NCBI GenBank assembly: GCA_048939995.1
Contig: JBHLOY010000003.1
Span: 384,001-448,000 of the forward strand
Reading direction: 5' to 3'
DNA length: 64,000 bases
Source: Promethearchaeota archaeon
GTDB taxonomy: Archaea > Asgardarchaeota > Lokiarchaeia > Sigyniarchaeales > SOKP01
Both the position numbers and the translations under genes were made by a program. This document shows positions 28,136 to 37,221 of this stretch, piece after piece (within the stretch, counting starts at the first letter, position 1; every line of letters starts with the position of its first letter). The notes beneath the pieces are model-generated. The model was not told the origin of the DNA. It made no database searches and saw only the letters and a list, made by a program, of their open reading frames with translations.

Positions 28136-29227
28136 ATGAAAATAATTGAAATTAGTAATCTTTGCAAAGAATACTATAAAGAAAAGGAATCTTCAATAAG
28201 GGTTCTCTCTAATATTAGTTTTTCAGTTAATAAAGCAGAATTTTTTGTTATTATCGGTCCAAATGGAAGCGGTAAAACTACTCTACTTAGGTTAATAGGC
28301 TTGCTTGATTCACCAACAAGTGGAAAAATATATTATAATAATAAAGATTTAACAAATATTTCACGAAAAGAGAGAGTAAGAATACGAAGGCAATTCTCTT
28401 TTGTTAGACAAAAACCGGTAGTAAGGAATACAACTGTATTCAATAATATTGCTTATGGTCTTAAGATACGTGGCGTTAAGTTTAATGAATATAAAAAATC
28501 TGTAGAGGAAATAATTGAATTTATAGGATTGAAGGGTATGGAAAACAAAAATGCACGGTCATTATCTGGTGGAGAAATGCAGCGTGTAGCAATTGCAATG
28601 AATTTTATTATTAATCCCGAAATTTACCTATTAGATGAAGTCTCAGCAAATCTTGATTCAATGAATCTCAAATTATTAGAAGATTTTATAATGAAAATAA
28701 AGCAAGAGAGAGGAAAGACTATCATTATGAGCACTCATGATCCAATTGAAGCTATAAAATATGCAGATCGTATTGCCGTACTAAATAGTGGACAAATAAC
28801 TCAAATTGGAACTCCAAATGAGATATTCACCGCACCAAAAGATGAATTTACAGCTCTTTTTATGGGATATGAAAATATTTTTCATGGATTTGCAAAATTA
28901 GATGAATCTTCAGGATTATTACTGGTTAAAGTAAATGATTTAGTTATAACAGCATCCAGTCAGCAGGAGGGTGAGGTAAAAGTATGCATTCGCCCAGAAA
29001 GTATAGGGATAGTTAAAGAGTCTGTGGAGGATACGAGCTATAGAAATACATTTAAAGGAATCATTGAGAATGTCCGTGAACTCGGTAATATTTGTCATTT
29101 AATTGTTAAATGCCAATCTGAAAAATTCTTGATTACAGTAACAGATTTATCAAGAAGGAATTTAGCACTAGAAATCAATTCTGAAGTGTTTATCAATTTT
29201 AAAGCGACAGACGTTAAAATATTATGA
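28136..29227 (+). CDS. tupC: Tungstate ABC transporter ATPase with C-terminal TOBE-like region
   Basis: GPNGSGKT, LSGGE, LLDE; operon position. Confidence 0.88.
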   Translation: MKIIEISNLCKEYYKEKESSIRVLSNISFSVNKAEFFVIIGPNGSGKTTLLRLIGLLDSPTSGKIYYNNKDLTNISRKERVRIRRQFSFVRQKPVVRNTTVFNNIAYGLKIRGVKFNEYKKSVEEIIEFIGLKGMENKNARSLSGGEMQRVAIAMNFIINPEIYLLDEVSANLDSMNLKLLEDFIMKIKQERGKTIIMSTHDPIEAIKYADRIAVLNSGQITQIGTPNEIFTAPKDEFTALFMGYENIFHGFAKLDESSGLLLVKVNDLVITASSQQEGEVKVCIRPESIGIVKESVEDTSYRNTFKGIIENVRELGNICHLIVKCQSEKFLITVTDLSRRNLALEINSEVFINFKATDVKIL

Positions 29228-29264
29228 ATAAATTTTTAAGAAATATCAATTTAAATTATTTAAC

Positions 29265-29288
29265 CGTTATGTATCGCGAGTGATATCG
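29265..29288. promoter_or_regulatory. ModE-type operator upstream of moaC
   Basis: CGTTAT-N12-ATATCG with the same spacing as 26267, lying between TTTAAA (29250) and the ATG. Confidence 0.7.
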
Positions 29289-29293
29289 TTAAA

Positions 29294-29728
29294 ATGATTG
29301 ATATATCTAACAAAGAAACAATTCTTAGGATAGCCACAGCCTCGGGCGGGATTAAACTAAAAAAAGAAACAATTGATAAGATTAGGAATAACCAAGTTGA
29401 AAAGGGAGATGCATTAACTATAGCTAAAATTACTGCTATTAGTGCAGTAAAAAAAGTTCCTGAATTAGTTCCTTTTTGTCATCCCATTGACATAACAAAT
29501 GTTGATGTAGATTTTGAGATCGAGGATGAAAAAATAAATGTAATATGTAAAGTTAAGAGTATCGCTAAAACAGGAGTTGAAATAGAAGCTCTAACTGGAG
29601 TTAGTATCGCCCTTTTGAACTTATGGGATGTAGTTAAGAAATATGAAAAGGATGATAAGGGACAATATCCCACAACAGAAATTTTTGACATAAGTGTTGT
29701 AGAAAAAATCAAAAAATGGAACTCTTAG
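29294..29728 (+). CDS. moaC: Cyclic pyranopterin monophosphate synthase
   Basis: [31 protein letters not shown]. Confidence 0.95.
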   Translation: MIDISNKETILRIATASGGIKLKKETIDKIRNNQVEKGDALTIAKITAISAVKKVPELVPFCHPIDITNVDVDFEIEDEKINVICKVKSIAKTGVEIEALTGVSIALLNLWDVVKKYEKDDKGQYPTTEIFDISVVEKIKKWNS

Positions 29729-29731
29729 GAT

Positions 29732-30652
29732 ATGAAAGATAAATGTAACAGAGAAATTAAGCACATTAGATTTTCTATTACCTCTAAATGTAATTATGAT
29801 TGCATTTATTGTGATCAAGAAGGTTTTATCCCTAAAACTTCAGATTTAACTGTTAAAGAAATCACTAATTTATGTAAAATATTAGCTGAAATACTTAAAG
29901 TAACAAGAATTAAGTTTACTGGAGGAGAACCTTTATGTCGAGAAGAAGTCGTTCAAATAATAAAAAATGTGGCTGATCTGCACTTATACAAAGATATTTC
30001 CATAACTACTAATGGATTGCTTTTATATGAAAAAGCAGATGAATTATATAAATCAGGCTTAAATAGGATAAATGTTTCATTGGGATCACTCAACCGAGAA
30101 GTATATAAATTTATATATGGTTCAGATACTCTAAATAGGGTTTTGATGGGTTTAAAACTAGCGAAAGAAGTAGGGTTAAATCCAATAAAATTAAATTTTG
30201 TTTTAATGAAGGGACTTAATGATAATGAATTAGAGTCTATGTTCGACTTTTGCGGAAAAAATGGATACATTCTACAATTAATTGAATTACACGAAGTATC
30301 AAGTTCAGTAGTAAAGAATGGTGAATTTTATAGTAAATATCACATGGATATTAAACCTATCATAGATAAACTTGAATCAAGAGCAAAAAAAACAATAATA
30401 AGAGGTTCTATGCAAAATCGAAAAGTCTTCATATTACCTAATTCAGTAACAATTGAAACAATCACACCTAGTCATGAATCTTGTATGGGCTGCACTAAAT
30501 TGCGTGTAGGATGTGATGGAAATCTTTTTGGATGTTTATATCGATCTGAACTTGGAAAGAATATTAAGGAAGCTCTGAAGAATCATTATTCATTATCCAA
30601 ATATGAAGAAATTGTCAAACAAGTGGTAGATTCACGAGAGCCTTACTATTAA
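29732..30652 (+). CDS. moaA: GTP 3',8-cyclase (radical SAM)
   Basis: CNYDCIYC, TGGEP, CMGCTKLR...GC. Confidence 0.95.
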   Translation: MKDKCNREIKHIRFSITSKCNYDCIYCDQEGFIPKTSDLTVKEITNLCKILAEILKVTRIKFTGGEPLCREEVVQIIKNVADLHLYKDISITTNGLLLYEKADELYKSGLNRINVSLGSLNREVYKFIYGSDTLNRVLMGLKLAKEVGLNPIKLNFVLMKGLNDNELESMFDFCGKNGYILQLIELHEVSSSVVKNGEFYSKYHMDIKPIIDKLESRAKKTIIRGSMQNRKVFILPNSVTIETITPSHESCMGCTKLRVGCDGNLFGCLYRSELGKNIKEALKNHYSLSKYEEIVKQVVDSREPYY

Positions 30653-30678
30653 CAAATATTAAAATATGAATTGAAATT

Positions 30679-30957
30679 ATGAAAGTAGAAGTTCTATATT
30701 TTGCGGAATTTAAGGAGATAACAAGAAAAGAGAAAGAGGAATTTAATTTATCTAGTGAAAATTTACTGGACCTATTAAATTTATTATTTGATAAATATAA
30801 GCTAAAAGATTTAATTTGGGATGAAAGATGTCAAAAAATACATGATATGATTTCAATTATAATAAATAACCAATCTATTCAAGAGAAAAATCCTTTATTA
30901 ATTAGTTTAAAGAATGGGGATAAAGTTGCTTTTTTATTACCAGTATCAGGAGGGTAA
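30679..30957 (+). CDS. moaD: MoaD/SAMP ubiquitin-like sulfur carrier
   Basis: MKVEVLYFA...GDKVAFLLPVSGG. Confidence 0.92.
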   Translation: MKVEVLYFAEFKEITRKEKEEFNLSSENLLDLLNLLFDKYKLKDLIWDERCQKIHDMISIIINNQSIQEKNPLLISLKNGDKVAFLLPVSGG

Positions 30958-30963
30958 AATCTA

Positions 30964-31407
30964 ATGAAAGGTGGGATAAAAATTAAATCTGGGATATATA
31001 ATAAAGGAGAAATTGAATTAGAAAGCATAATTAATTCTGTTAAGGCAAATCCCAAAATAAAGGAAGCTGGATCTATCCATACTTTTACTGGAATTGTAAG
31101 GAATAGTTCTAATAATGGCAAACCAGTAATTGGAATGAAAATTGATGCATATGATGAATTAGCCAGTAAAAGTATAACTGATATTTGTGAAAGATTGAAG
31201 AGAATAAACGGAATTATAGATATTAAAATTATTCATTTAAAGGGAGATTTTAATCTTTCTGAAGATTTAGTTTATGTTGTTGTAGCATCTGCACACAGAA
31301 AAGAAGGGTTTGAGGTTATTAAAAAAGCGATTGAAATGTACAAAAAAGAAGTAGCAGTTTGGAAGAGAGAAGATTTTAATGATGGAACATCAGAATGGAT
31401 TCATTAA
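30964..31407 (+). CDS. moaE: Molybdopterin synthase catalytic subunit
   Basis: AGSIHTFTGIVR, ASAHRKEGF, VWKRE. Confidence 0.93.
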   Translation: MKGGIKIKSGIYNKGEIELESIINSVKANPKIKEAGSIHTFTGIVRNSSNNGKPVIGMKIDAYDELASKSITDICERLKRINGIIDIKIIHLKGDFNLSEDLVYVVVASAHRKEGFEVIKKAIEMYKKEVAVWKREDFNDGTSEWIH

Positions 31408-31449
31408 ATTGATTTAGAAAATACTAAATTATGAGTTTTATATACAAAA

Positions 31450-32679
31450 ATGAAATTTCTAAAGACTATTAGCGTGGAAGAGTTTAGAACTATACTTAAT
31501 TCAATAGAAAAGATTACTCCCTCCGATGAACTAGTCTCTTTAGAAGATAGCTTTAAGAGAATAATTTCTAAAGACATAGTTAGTCGAATAAATGTTCCAC
31601 ATTTTAGAAAGTCACGGATGGATGGGTATGCTGTAATTGCTGAGGACACATTCGAAGCAGAAGAAGACAATTTAGTCGAGCTTGAATTAATTGACACAAT
31701 AAAAGCGGGAGAAATCCCTCAAAGGAAGCTAAAAACCGGTCAATGTTCTTATGTAGCAACAGGAGCTGCAATCCCAGATAATTCTAATGGAGTAGTAATG
31801 GTCGAGTTCACAGAAAAATTAATAAATAATAAAATTTTAATTTCTAAGGCTATAACCCCTGGAACTCATATTATAGAAATCGGACATGATATAAAAAAGG
31901 GGGATATCATTGTGAAAAAAGACAAATTGATTGATTTAGCTACTTTAGGGATTTTTGCTTCATGTGGTATCAGAGATGTACCTGTTTATGAGAAACCAAT
32001 CGTTAGTCTTATAAGTACCGGTAATGAATTAGTAAATCAAGATACAGAAGAATTAGAAATTGGAAAGATATATGATGTAAATTCAATCCTTCTAAAAAAG
32101 GCTTTAGAAAACACAGGAGTTCATGTGAATTTTTTAGGCGTAGTGAGGGATGATTATGAAGATTTGAAGAATGCTATGGATACTGCCTTAGAAAATAGCG
32201 ATATTATCATATTATCAGGTGGAACATCTAAAGGAGAAGGTGATTTAGGACCAAGACTTTTAGAACAATATAAGGATATCGAAATTGAAGTACATGGAGT
32301 CAAAATTAAGCCAGGAAAGCCAATAATTTTTGCTAAACTAAAGGAAAAAATAATCTTTATTTTGCCAGGATATCCAACCTCTGCGTTAAGTTGTTTTTTC
32401 CTTTTTATAGATAATTTCTTAAGGAGAATGTCAGGTTATCCTTTAAGAGACCGATTTTCAAAAGAACTAGAAATTGGAGAGAGAATTTATAGCACCCTTG
32501 GCAGACATGAGTTTAAAGCCGTACAAATGCAGGAAGTGGACGGAAAAAAGAAAATATTTCCTATAAAGACGGGATCAGAAGCGATAAGTACAATGTTCTA
32601 TGCAGATGGATATATAGAGATTGAGGAGTTGGAATCAGTTATAGAAAAGGGAGATAAAAGAATGATATATTTCTTCTAA
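31450..32679 (+). CDS. moeA: Molybdopterin molybdo/tungstotransferase MoeA
   Basis: SRMDGYAV, STGNEL, SGGTSKG, KPGKP, LPGYP. Confidence 0.93.
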   Translation: MKFLKTISVEEFRTILNSIEKITPSDELVSLEDSFKRIISKDIVSRINVPHFRKSRMDGYAVIAEDTFEAEEDNLVELELIDTIKAGEIPQRKLKTGQCSYVATGAAIPDNSNGVVMVEFTEKLINNKILISKAITPGTHIIEIGHDIKKGDIIVKKDKLIDLATLGIFASCGIRDVPVYEKPIVSLISTGNELVNQDTEELEIGKIYDVNSILLKKALENTGVHVNFLGVVRDDYEDLKNAMDTALENSDIIILSGGTSKGEGDLGPRLLEQYKDIEIEVHGVKIKPGKPIIFAKLKEKIIFILPGYPTSALSCFFLFIDNFLRRMSGYPLRDRFSKELEIGERIYSTLGRHEFKAVQMQEVDGKKKIFPIKTGSEAISTMFYADGYIEIEELESVIEKGDKRMIYFF

Positions 32680-32705
32680 ATAAATTAATTTAAATTAATA
32701 AAACA

Positions 32706-33275
32706 ATGATAAAAATGGTAAAAGAAGTAAAAGTTCCAGAAGAACATAAAAAAAATGCTCCTGAAAAAATAAATTTGGCTCTGATTATTGTAAGCACTAG
32801 TCGATTTAATGAGATCGAGTCTGGAAAAAAAAGTTCGGATAAAACTATCCCTAGAGTACAACAAATATTAGATGATAATAACTCGCTTTCATTAAACTTT
32901 ACATCTATTATATCAGATTCAGAAGAACATATAGAAAAAACCCTCTCTCAGGTAATGAAGGATCCTACTATTGATGCAATAATCTTTAGTGGTGGCACTG
33001 GATTGTCAAGAAAAGATATTACCTATGAAACCTTGGAACCGCGATTAAAAAAGAAAATTAATGGTTTTGGAGAACTTTTTAGATCACTTTCTTTCAATGA
33101 AATTGGGGCCTCAGCTATGCTATCAAGGGCAACGGCAGGTATTTTGAGAGGTGAAGAGAAGAATAAAGCTATTTTTTTACTGCCAGGGTCTCCAAATGCA
33201 GTGAAATTAGCTTTAAATCATATTATAATACCTGAATTGGGACATATTTTATATATAATCAATAAGCAAGAGTGA
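32706..33275 (+). CDS. moaB: Molybdopterin adenylyltransferase MoaB/MogA
   Basis: SGGTGLSRKDIT, GFGELFR, AMLSRATAG, LPGSPNA. Confidence 0.92.
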   Translation: MIKMVKEVKVPEEHKKNAPEKINLALIIVSTSRFNEIESGKKSSDKTIPRVQQILDDNNSLSLNFTSIISDSEEHIEKTLSQVMKDPTIDAIIFSGGTGLSRKDITYETLEPRLKKKINGFGELFRSLSFNEIGASAMLSRATAGILRGEEKNKAIFLLPGSPNAVKLALNHIIIPELGHILYIINKQE

Positions 33276-34528
33276 TACTTGTGGAAAAACTCCGAAAAAT
33301 TGGATTTTCCAAGTTAACACCGATAAATGATGCTTTAGGCAAATTATTTTCAAAAATTCAAGAAAGTTCAATTGAAGAAATTGAAATTAAGCATGCTCTA
33401 AATCGCATTTTAGCAGAAGATATAGTCAGTGAATTGGATATCCCTCCATTTGATCGATCAGCTATGGATGGTTATGCTATTAAAGCAGAAGATTCATTTA
33501 ATGCTTCACTAAAAAACCCGAAAAAGATTAAACTTATTGGAATTATTGAAATCGGAGAATCTGCAAACTTTAAAGTTCATAAAGGTGAAGCGTGTAAAAT
33601 TTCCACAGGGGCACCACTACCAGAAGGTACTGATGCAGTTATAAAAATTGAAGATACAGAATTAGAAAATGATTTAATTAGTTTATACACATCTTTAGTC
33701 CCAGGAAAAAATGTTTCAAAGAAAGGAGAAGATATTAAGAAAGGAACCCAAGTATTAAAAAAAGGTTTGGACCTAAAGGCTGAACATATTGCACTTCTCT
33801 CTTCTTTAGGGTATAACTATGTAAGAGTAAAAGTTAAACCAAGAGTAAGTATTTTTGCATCTGGAGATGAACTACTTGAACCTGGTGATACCTTGAAACC
33901 GGGTAAAATTTACAATTCAAACACTCTAATGATCTCAACCTTAGTGAATTTATATGGAGGGCTTGTCATTAGAGCTGAAACTGTTAAAGATGACAAATCC
34001 ATTATTAAAAAGAGACTAATTGAAGCAAAAGATGACTCTCAGATTCTAGTCTTCACCGGAGGCACATCAGTTGGCACAAAAGATTATCTACCTGAAATAA
34101 TTAATGAATTAGGTATCATTTTAACTCATGGTATAGCAATGAGGCCAGGATCACCTGTTTTATTAGGTCTCCTTAATGATACTCTTATTTTTTGTCTACC
34201 TGGTACACCAGTCGCAGCATATGTTTCATTTTTAAAAATAACTGGACTTGCTATTAGAAAAATGTTAGGATGCTCTATCTTAGATCCAAGAGTCGAAATT
34301 TTAGCAATAATTAATAAAGATGTTCCTGTTTCAAGCTTAGGAATTCTACATTATTTAAGAGTAAAAATAGAACAAGATAATTATAACTATGTAGCTTATC
34401 CAATTAAATTGAAAGGTTCTAGTATTATAACTTCATTGATACACTCAGATGGAATAGTTGAAATCCCTCCAAATCAAGAAGGATTGAAAAAGGGAGAAAT
34501 AGTCAATGTGAAACTCTTTCCTAAATAA
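33272..34528 (+). CDS. moeA: Second MoeA paralog
   Basis: PPFDRSAMDGYA, SGDEL, TGGTSVG, RPGSP, LPGTP. Confidence 0.93.
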   Translation: MILVEKLRKIGFSKLTPINDALGKLFSKIQESSIEEIEIKHALNRILAEDIVSELDIPPFDRSAMDGYAIKAEDSFNASLKNPKKIKLIGIIEIGESANFKVHKGEACKISTGAPLPEGTDAVIKIEDTELENDLISLYTSLVPGKNVSKKGEDIKKGTQVLKKGLDLKAEHIALLSSLGYNYVRVKVKPRVSIFASGDELLEPGDTLKPGKIYNSNTLMISTLVNLYGGLVIRAETVKDDKSIIKKRLIEAKDDSQILVFTGGTSVGTKDYLPEIINELGIILTHGIAMRPGSPVLLGLLNDTLIFCLPGTPVAAYVSFLKITGLAIRKMLGCSILDPRVEILAIINKDVPVSSLGILHYLRVKIEQDNYNYVAYPIKLKGSSIITSLIHSDGIVEIPPNQEGLKKGEIVNVKLFPK

Positions 34529-34637
34529 GAATATAGTAGAATTCTGTTTTCTATTTTCTTCTCCTTCAATGTGTCAGAAAAATTTTGAAAATTCTCGTCT
34601 TAGTTTAATTTTTTAGAAATAAAACATTATTAAAATT

Positions 34638-35510
34638 ATGGTTAATACCTCAGAGATAGTTAAAGATCTACAGCAAAAATATCGAATTATTGGAAGAAAT
34701 ACGGAACTAAGCAAGATTATACTTGCTAGATCTGTTGGAAAGCATATTTTGATTGAAGGTGAAGTCGGTGTTGGAAAAACTACTATAGCTCGCGCAATAG
34801 CATCTTATTTTGATTCAGATTTTTATAGAATAGATTGTAATGAGGAAACTTTATCGCACAATTTGGTTGGGTTTTGGGATCCTCCCTTAGTAATCGCGAA
34901 AGGTTATATCGAAGAATCATACGTTTATGGACCGCTTTCTTCAGCTATGTTAAAAGGGGGATGTTTATTCATTAATGAAATAAATAGAATGCCAGAGAGC
35001 ACTCAAAATTCTCTTTTAACCGCTTTAGATGAAGGAATAATTGAAATTCCTAAATTAAAAACAATAAAATCCGATAAGAAATTCTTTGTTATTGCCACGC
35101 AAAATCCTGGAGCTCATGTAGGGGTAACTGTTTTAGGTGAAGCTTTAAAGGATAGATTCATATGGATCAAATTAGATTACCAAACACCAGAAGAAGAAAT
35201 CTTAATCATAAAAAAAGAAGCAAATTTAAATAACTCTAATACAGATAAGATCGCCAAAATTTGCCAAAATATAATTCAATTAACAAGAGAAAGTGCTTCA
35301 ATCCGAAGAGGTAGTTCAATTAGGGGCGCAATAGATCTTGCAGGATTAGTTTTGAATTCAGGAAAACAAACTAGCACAAGAAATTGGGTAGAAGCAGGTA
35401 TTATGGCTCTATACAACAAGATTGAATTAGAAGATGGAGTAACTAAATCTAAAACAGAAATAATTACAGATATTATCCTTTCCACTCTAACTAAGCTGGA
35501 TTTTCAGTAA
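34638..35510 (+). CDS. MoxR-family AAA+ ATPase
   Basis: GEVGVGKT, FINEINR, ATQNP, ALKDRF. Confidence 0.92.
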   Translation: MVNTSEIVKDLQQKYRIIGRNTELSKIILARSVGKHILIEGEVGVGKTTIARAIASYFDSDFYRIDCNEETLSHNLVGFWDPPLVIAKGYIEESYVYGPLSSAMLKGGCLFINEINRMPESTQNSLLTALDEGIIEIPKLKTIKSDKKFFVIATQNPGAHVGVTVLGEALKDRFIWIKLDYQTPEEEILIIKKEANLNNSNTDKIAKICQNIIQLTRESASIRRGSSIRGAIDLAGLVLNSGKQTSTRNWVEAGIMALYNKIELEDGVTKSKTEIITDIILSTLTKLDFQ

Positions 35511-35547
35511 TCGATGATTTCTCTTCAAAAAAGTCTGAAGAGATTGA
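35498..35547 (+). other. Candidate -1 ribosomal frameshift signal
   Basis: G_GAT_TTT in the MoxR frame, 6-nt spacer CAGTAA, then a stem-loop (TCGAT/ATTGA below CTCTTCA/TGAAGAG). Confidence 0.55.
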
Positions 35548-36622
35548 GAATAAACGGTTACATGTAAGGTTAACAGAAAAACTTCCCGATAAAGAAATTT
35601 TAAGATATGAAATCATTAGAAAAAAGAGAAAAAGACCTAATTATTATCAACATCTAGCAAATTCTTTGGATTATAAACAGATTAAGGAATTAACCTATTT
35701 AGCAATTGAATATAAAAATCTAGAGGCTATTATCGGTTTACTCAAGTCAAACGTTTATGCTGCGACTGATGCCTTAGATTGCGATGAGGGTGTTAAATTT
35801 TTCTCTGAAAAAGCAAAAGATTCGGCAACCTCTATGGCAGAGGTTTACTTTTTTATAAGACGACCCATATCTGAAAAGTATAAAAAGATATTTAGGAGAT
35901 TAGCTCGGCAAAGTATATTGAAAACAGCGCTCAAAATCACGAGTAAAGGTATAAGAGGAAATTACAAGAAAGTTATCCCTCATTACGAAATCGGTATGCC
36001 CGAATTTGATTTGGATGAGACAATTCAGCATAATCCGTTAAAAATCTATCAAAAAACTCTTACCTATAACGATATTTATGGCATTAAAAGAATGCAACAA
36101 AAGCGTAAGATTGTATTGATTCTAGACACAAGTGGGAGCATGTATGGACGACTACTTCTCAATGCGGCTTTAACAGCTTCTGTGCTTGCCTATAATATGG
36201 AAAAAGAAGATTATGCGATAATATTATTTAACTCAACAGCAATGATCTTAAAAAAGATCGATGAAAAAAAACCTATTACAACTATTATAGATGATATTTT
36301 AGACTCTGAAGCAAGTGGTTTTACAAACATCTATATTGGTTTAGAAAAAGGATTAAAAGAATTAAATAAAGTTAAAAAGGAACCGAGAAATCAATTCGGA
36401 ATTTTAATAACAGATGGAAATTATAATCGAGGCGAAAACCCACTTAACTTGGCCGAAGATTATTCTAAACTGCATGTAATAGGAATGCCAGCTGAAAACG
36501 ATGCAGATAGAGGAATTGATGTATGTAAAGAAATCGCCAATAAAGGAAGAGGAAAATTTTATGCGGTAAAAGATTATAAAGAAATTCCAAGAGCCCTAAT
36601 AGATTTATTATCACAATATTGA
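35504..36622 (+). CDS. VWA (MIDAS) domain protein; frame open from 35495 with no canonical start until TTG 35666
   Basis: LDTSGSM, GFTNI, ITDG; the upstream in-frame sequence SVIDDFSSKKSEEIENKRLHVRL... looks coding. Confidence 0.85.
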   Translation, partial: SVIDDFSSKKSEEIENKRLHVRLTEKLPDKEILRYEIIRKKRKRPNYYQHLANSLDYKQIKELTYLAIEYKNLEAIIGLLKSNVYAATDALDCDEGVKFFSEKAKDSATSMAEVYFFIRRPISEKYKKIFRRLARQSILKTALKITSKGIRGNYKKVIPHYEIGMPEFDLDETIQHNPLKIYQKTLTYNDIYGIKRMQQKRKIVLILDTSGSMYGRLLLNAALTASVLAYNMEKEDYAIILFNSTAMILKKIDEKKPITTIIDDILDSEASGFTNIYIGLEKGLKELNKVKKEPRNQFGILITDGNYNRGENPLNLAEDYSKLHVIGMPAENDADRGIDVCKEIANKGRGKFYAVKDYKEIPRALIDLLSQY

Positions 36623-36637
36623 TTATAAAGAATAGAT

Positions 36638-37111
36638 GTGTTTTTAGTGGAAAAGATAATAAGATACGCTAATGAGAAAGATTTTAATCTTTTAAGAGAA
36701 ATGTACTTAAATGAAGTTGAAAATCATGAACAGAGAGCTGGAAAATTCGCAGAAGACTTAATTTTTAGATTAAAGACAATCATCTGCATAGCTAATCTTA
36801 AAATTATCGGAACTGTTTCATGGGACACTCGTGGTGGATTAAATGATGGAGTTATTGAGTTAATTGGGCTTGGGGTAGTTCAAGGTTATAGAAGGCAAGG
36901 AATAGCAAAGGAGTTAGTATTAACATTAATCAACGAAAATAAAAGCTTTTTTAAACTAAGAGGTTATAAATTACGAGTTATATATTTTTTCATGGAAAGT
37001 TTAAATGAGAATGGACGAGCATTCTATAAAAGTATGGGATTTCGAGAAGTGTCAAACATTCCTGCTTTTTATCCTAATGATGCTGCTGTTATTTGGATTA
37101 AATACTTTTAA
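36638..37111 (+). CDS. GNAT acetyltransferase
   Basis: GVVQGYRRQGIA, NENGRAFYKSMGF. Confidence 0.88.
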   Translation: MFLVEKIIRYANEKDFNLLREMYLNEVENHEQRAGKFAEDLIFRLKTIICIANLKIIGTVSWDTRGGLNDGVIELIGLGVVQGYRRQGIAKELVLTLINENKSFFKLRGYKLRVIYFFMESLNENGRAFYKSMGFREVSNIPAFYPNDAAVIWIKYF

Positions 37112-37221
37112 GAATCATTCGATTTTTCTAAAGGCTTGAAATTTAATAACTCAACGCTTAAAGCGTTAATACTTTATGGAATTGTTCATCTAATTTCTGG
37201 TATCCAAAGTAAATAGAAAAA

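Noticed and set aside
29732-30652. MoaA lacking the C-terminal GG motif, read as a truncation
   Set aside because: Both Fe-S motifs are intact, and archaeal MoaA proteins commonly end in an RxPY-type tail.
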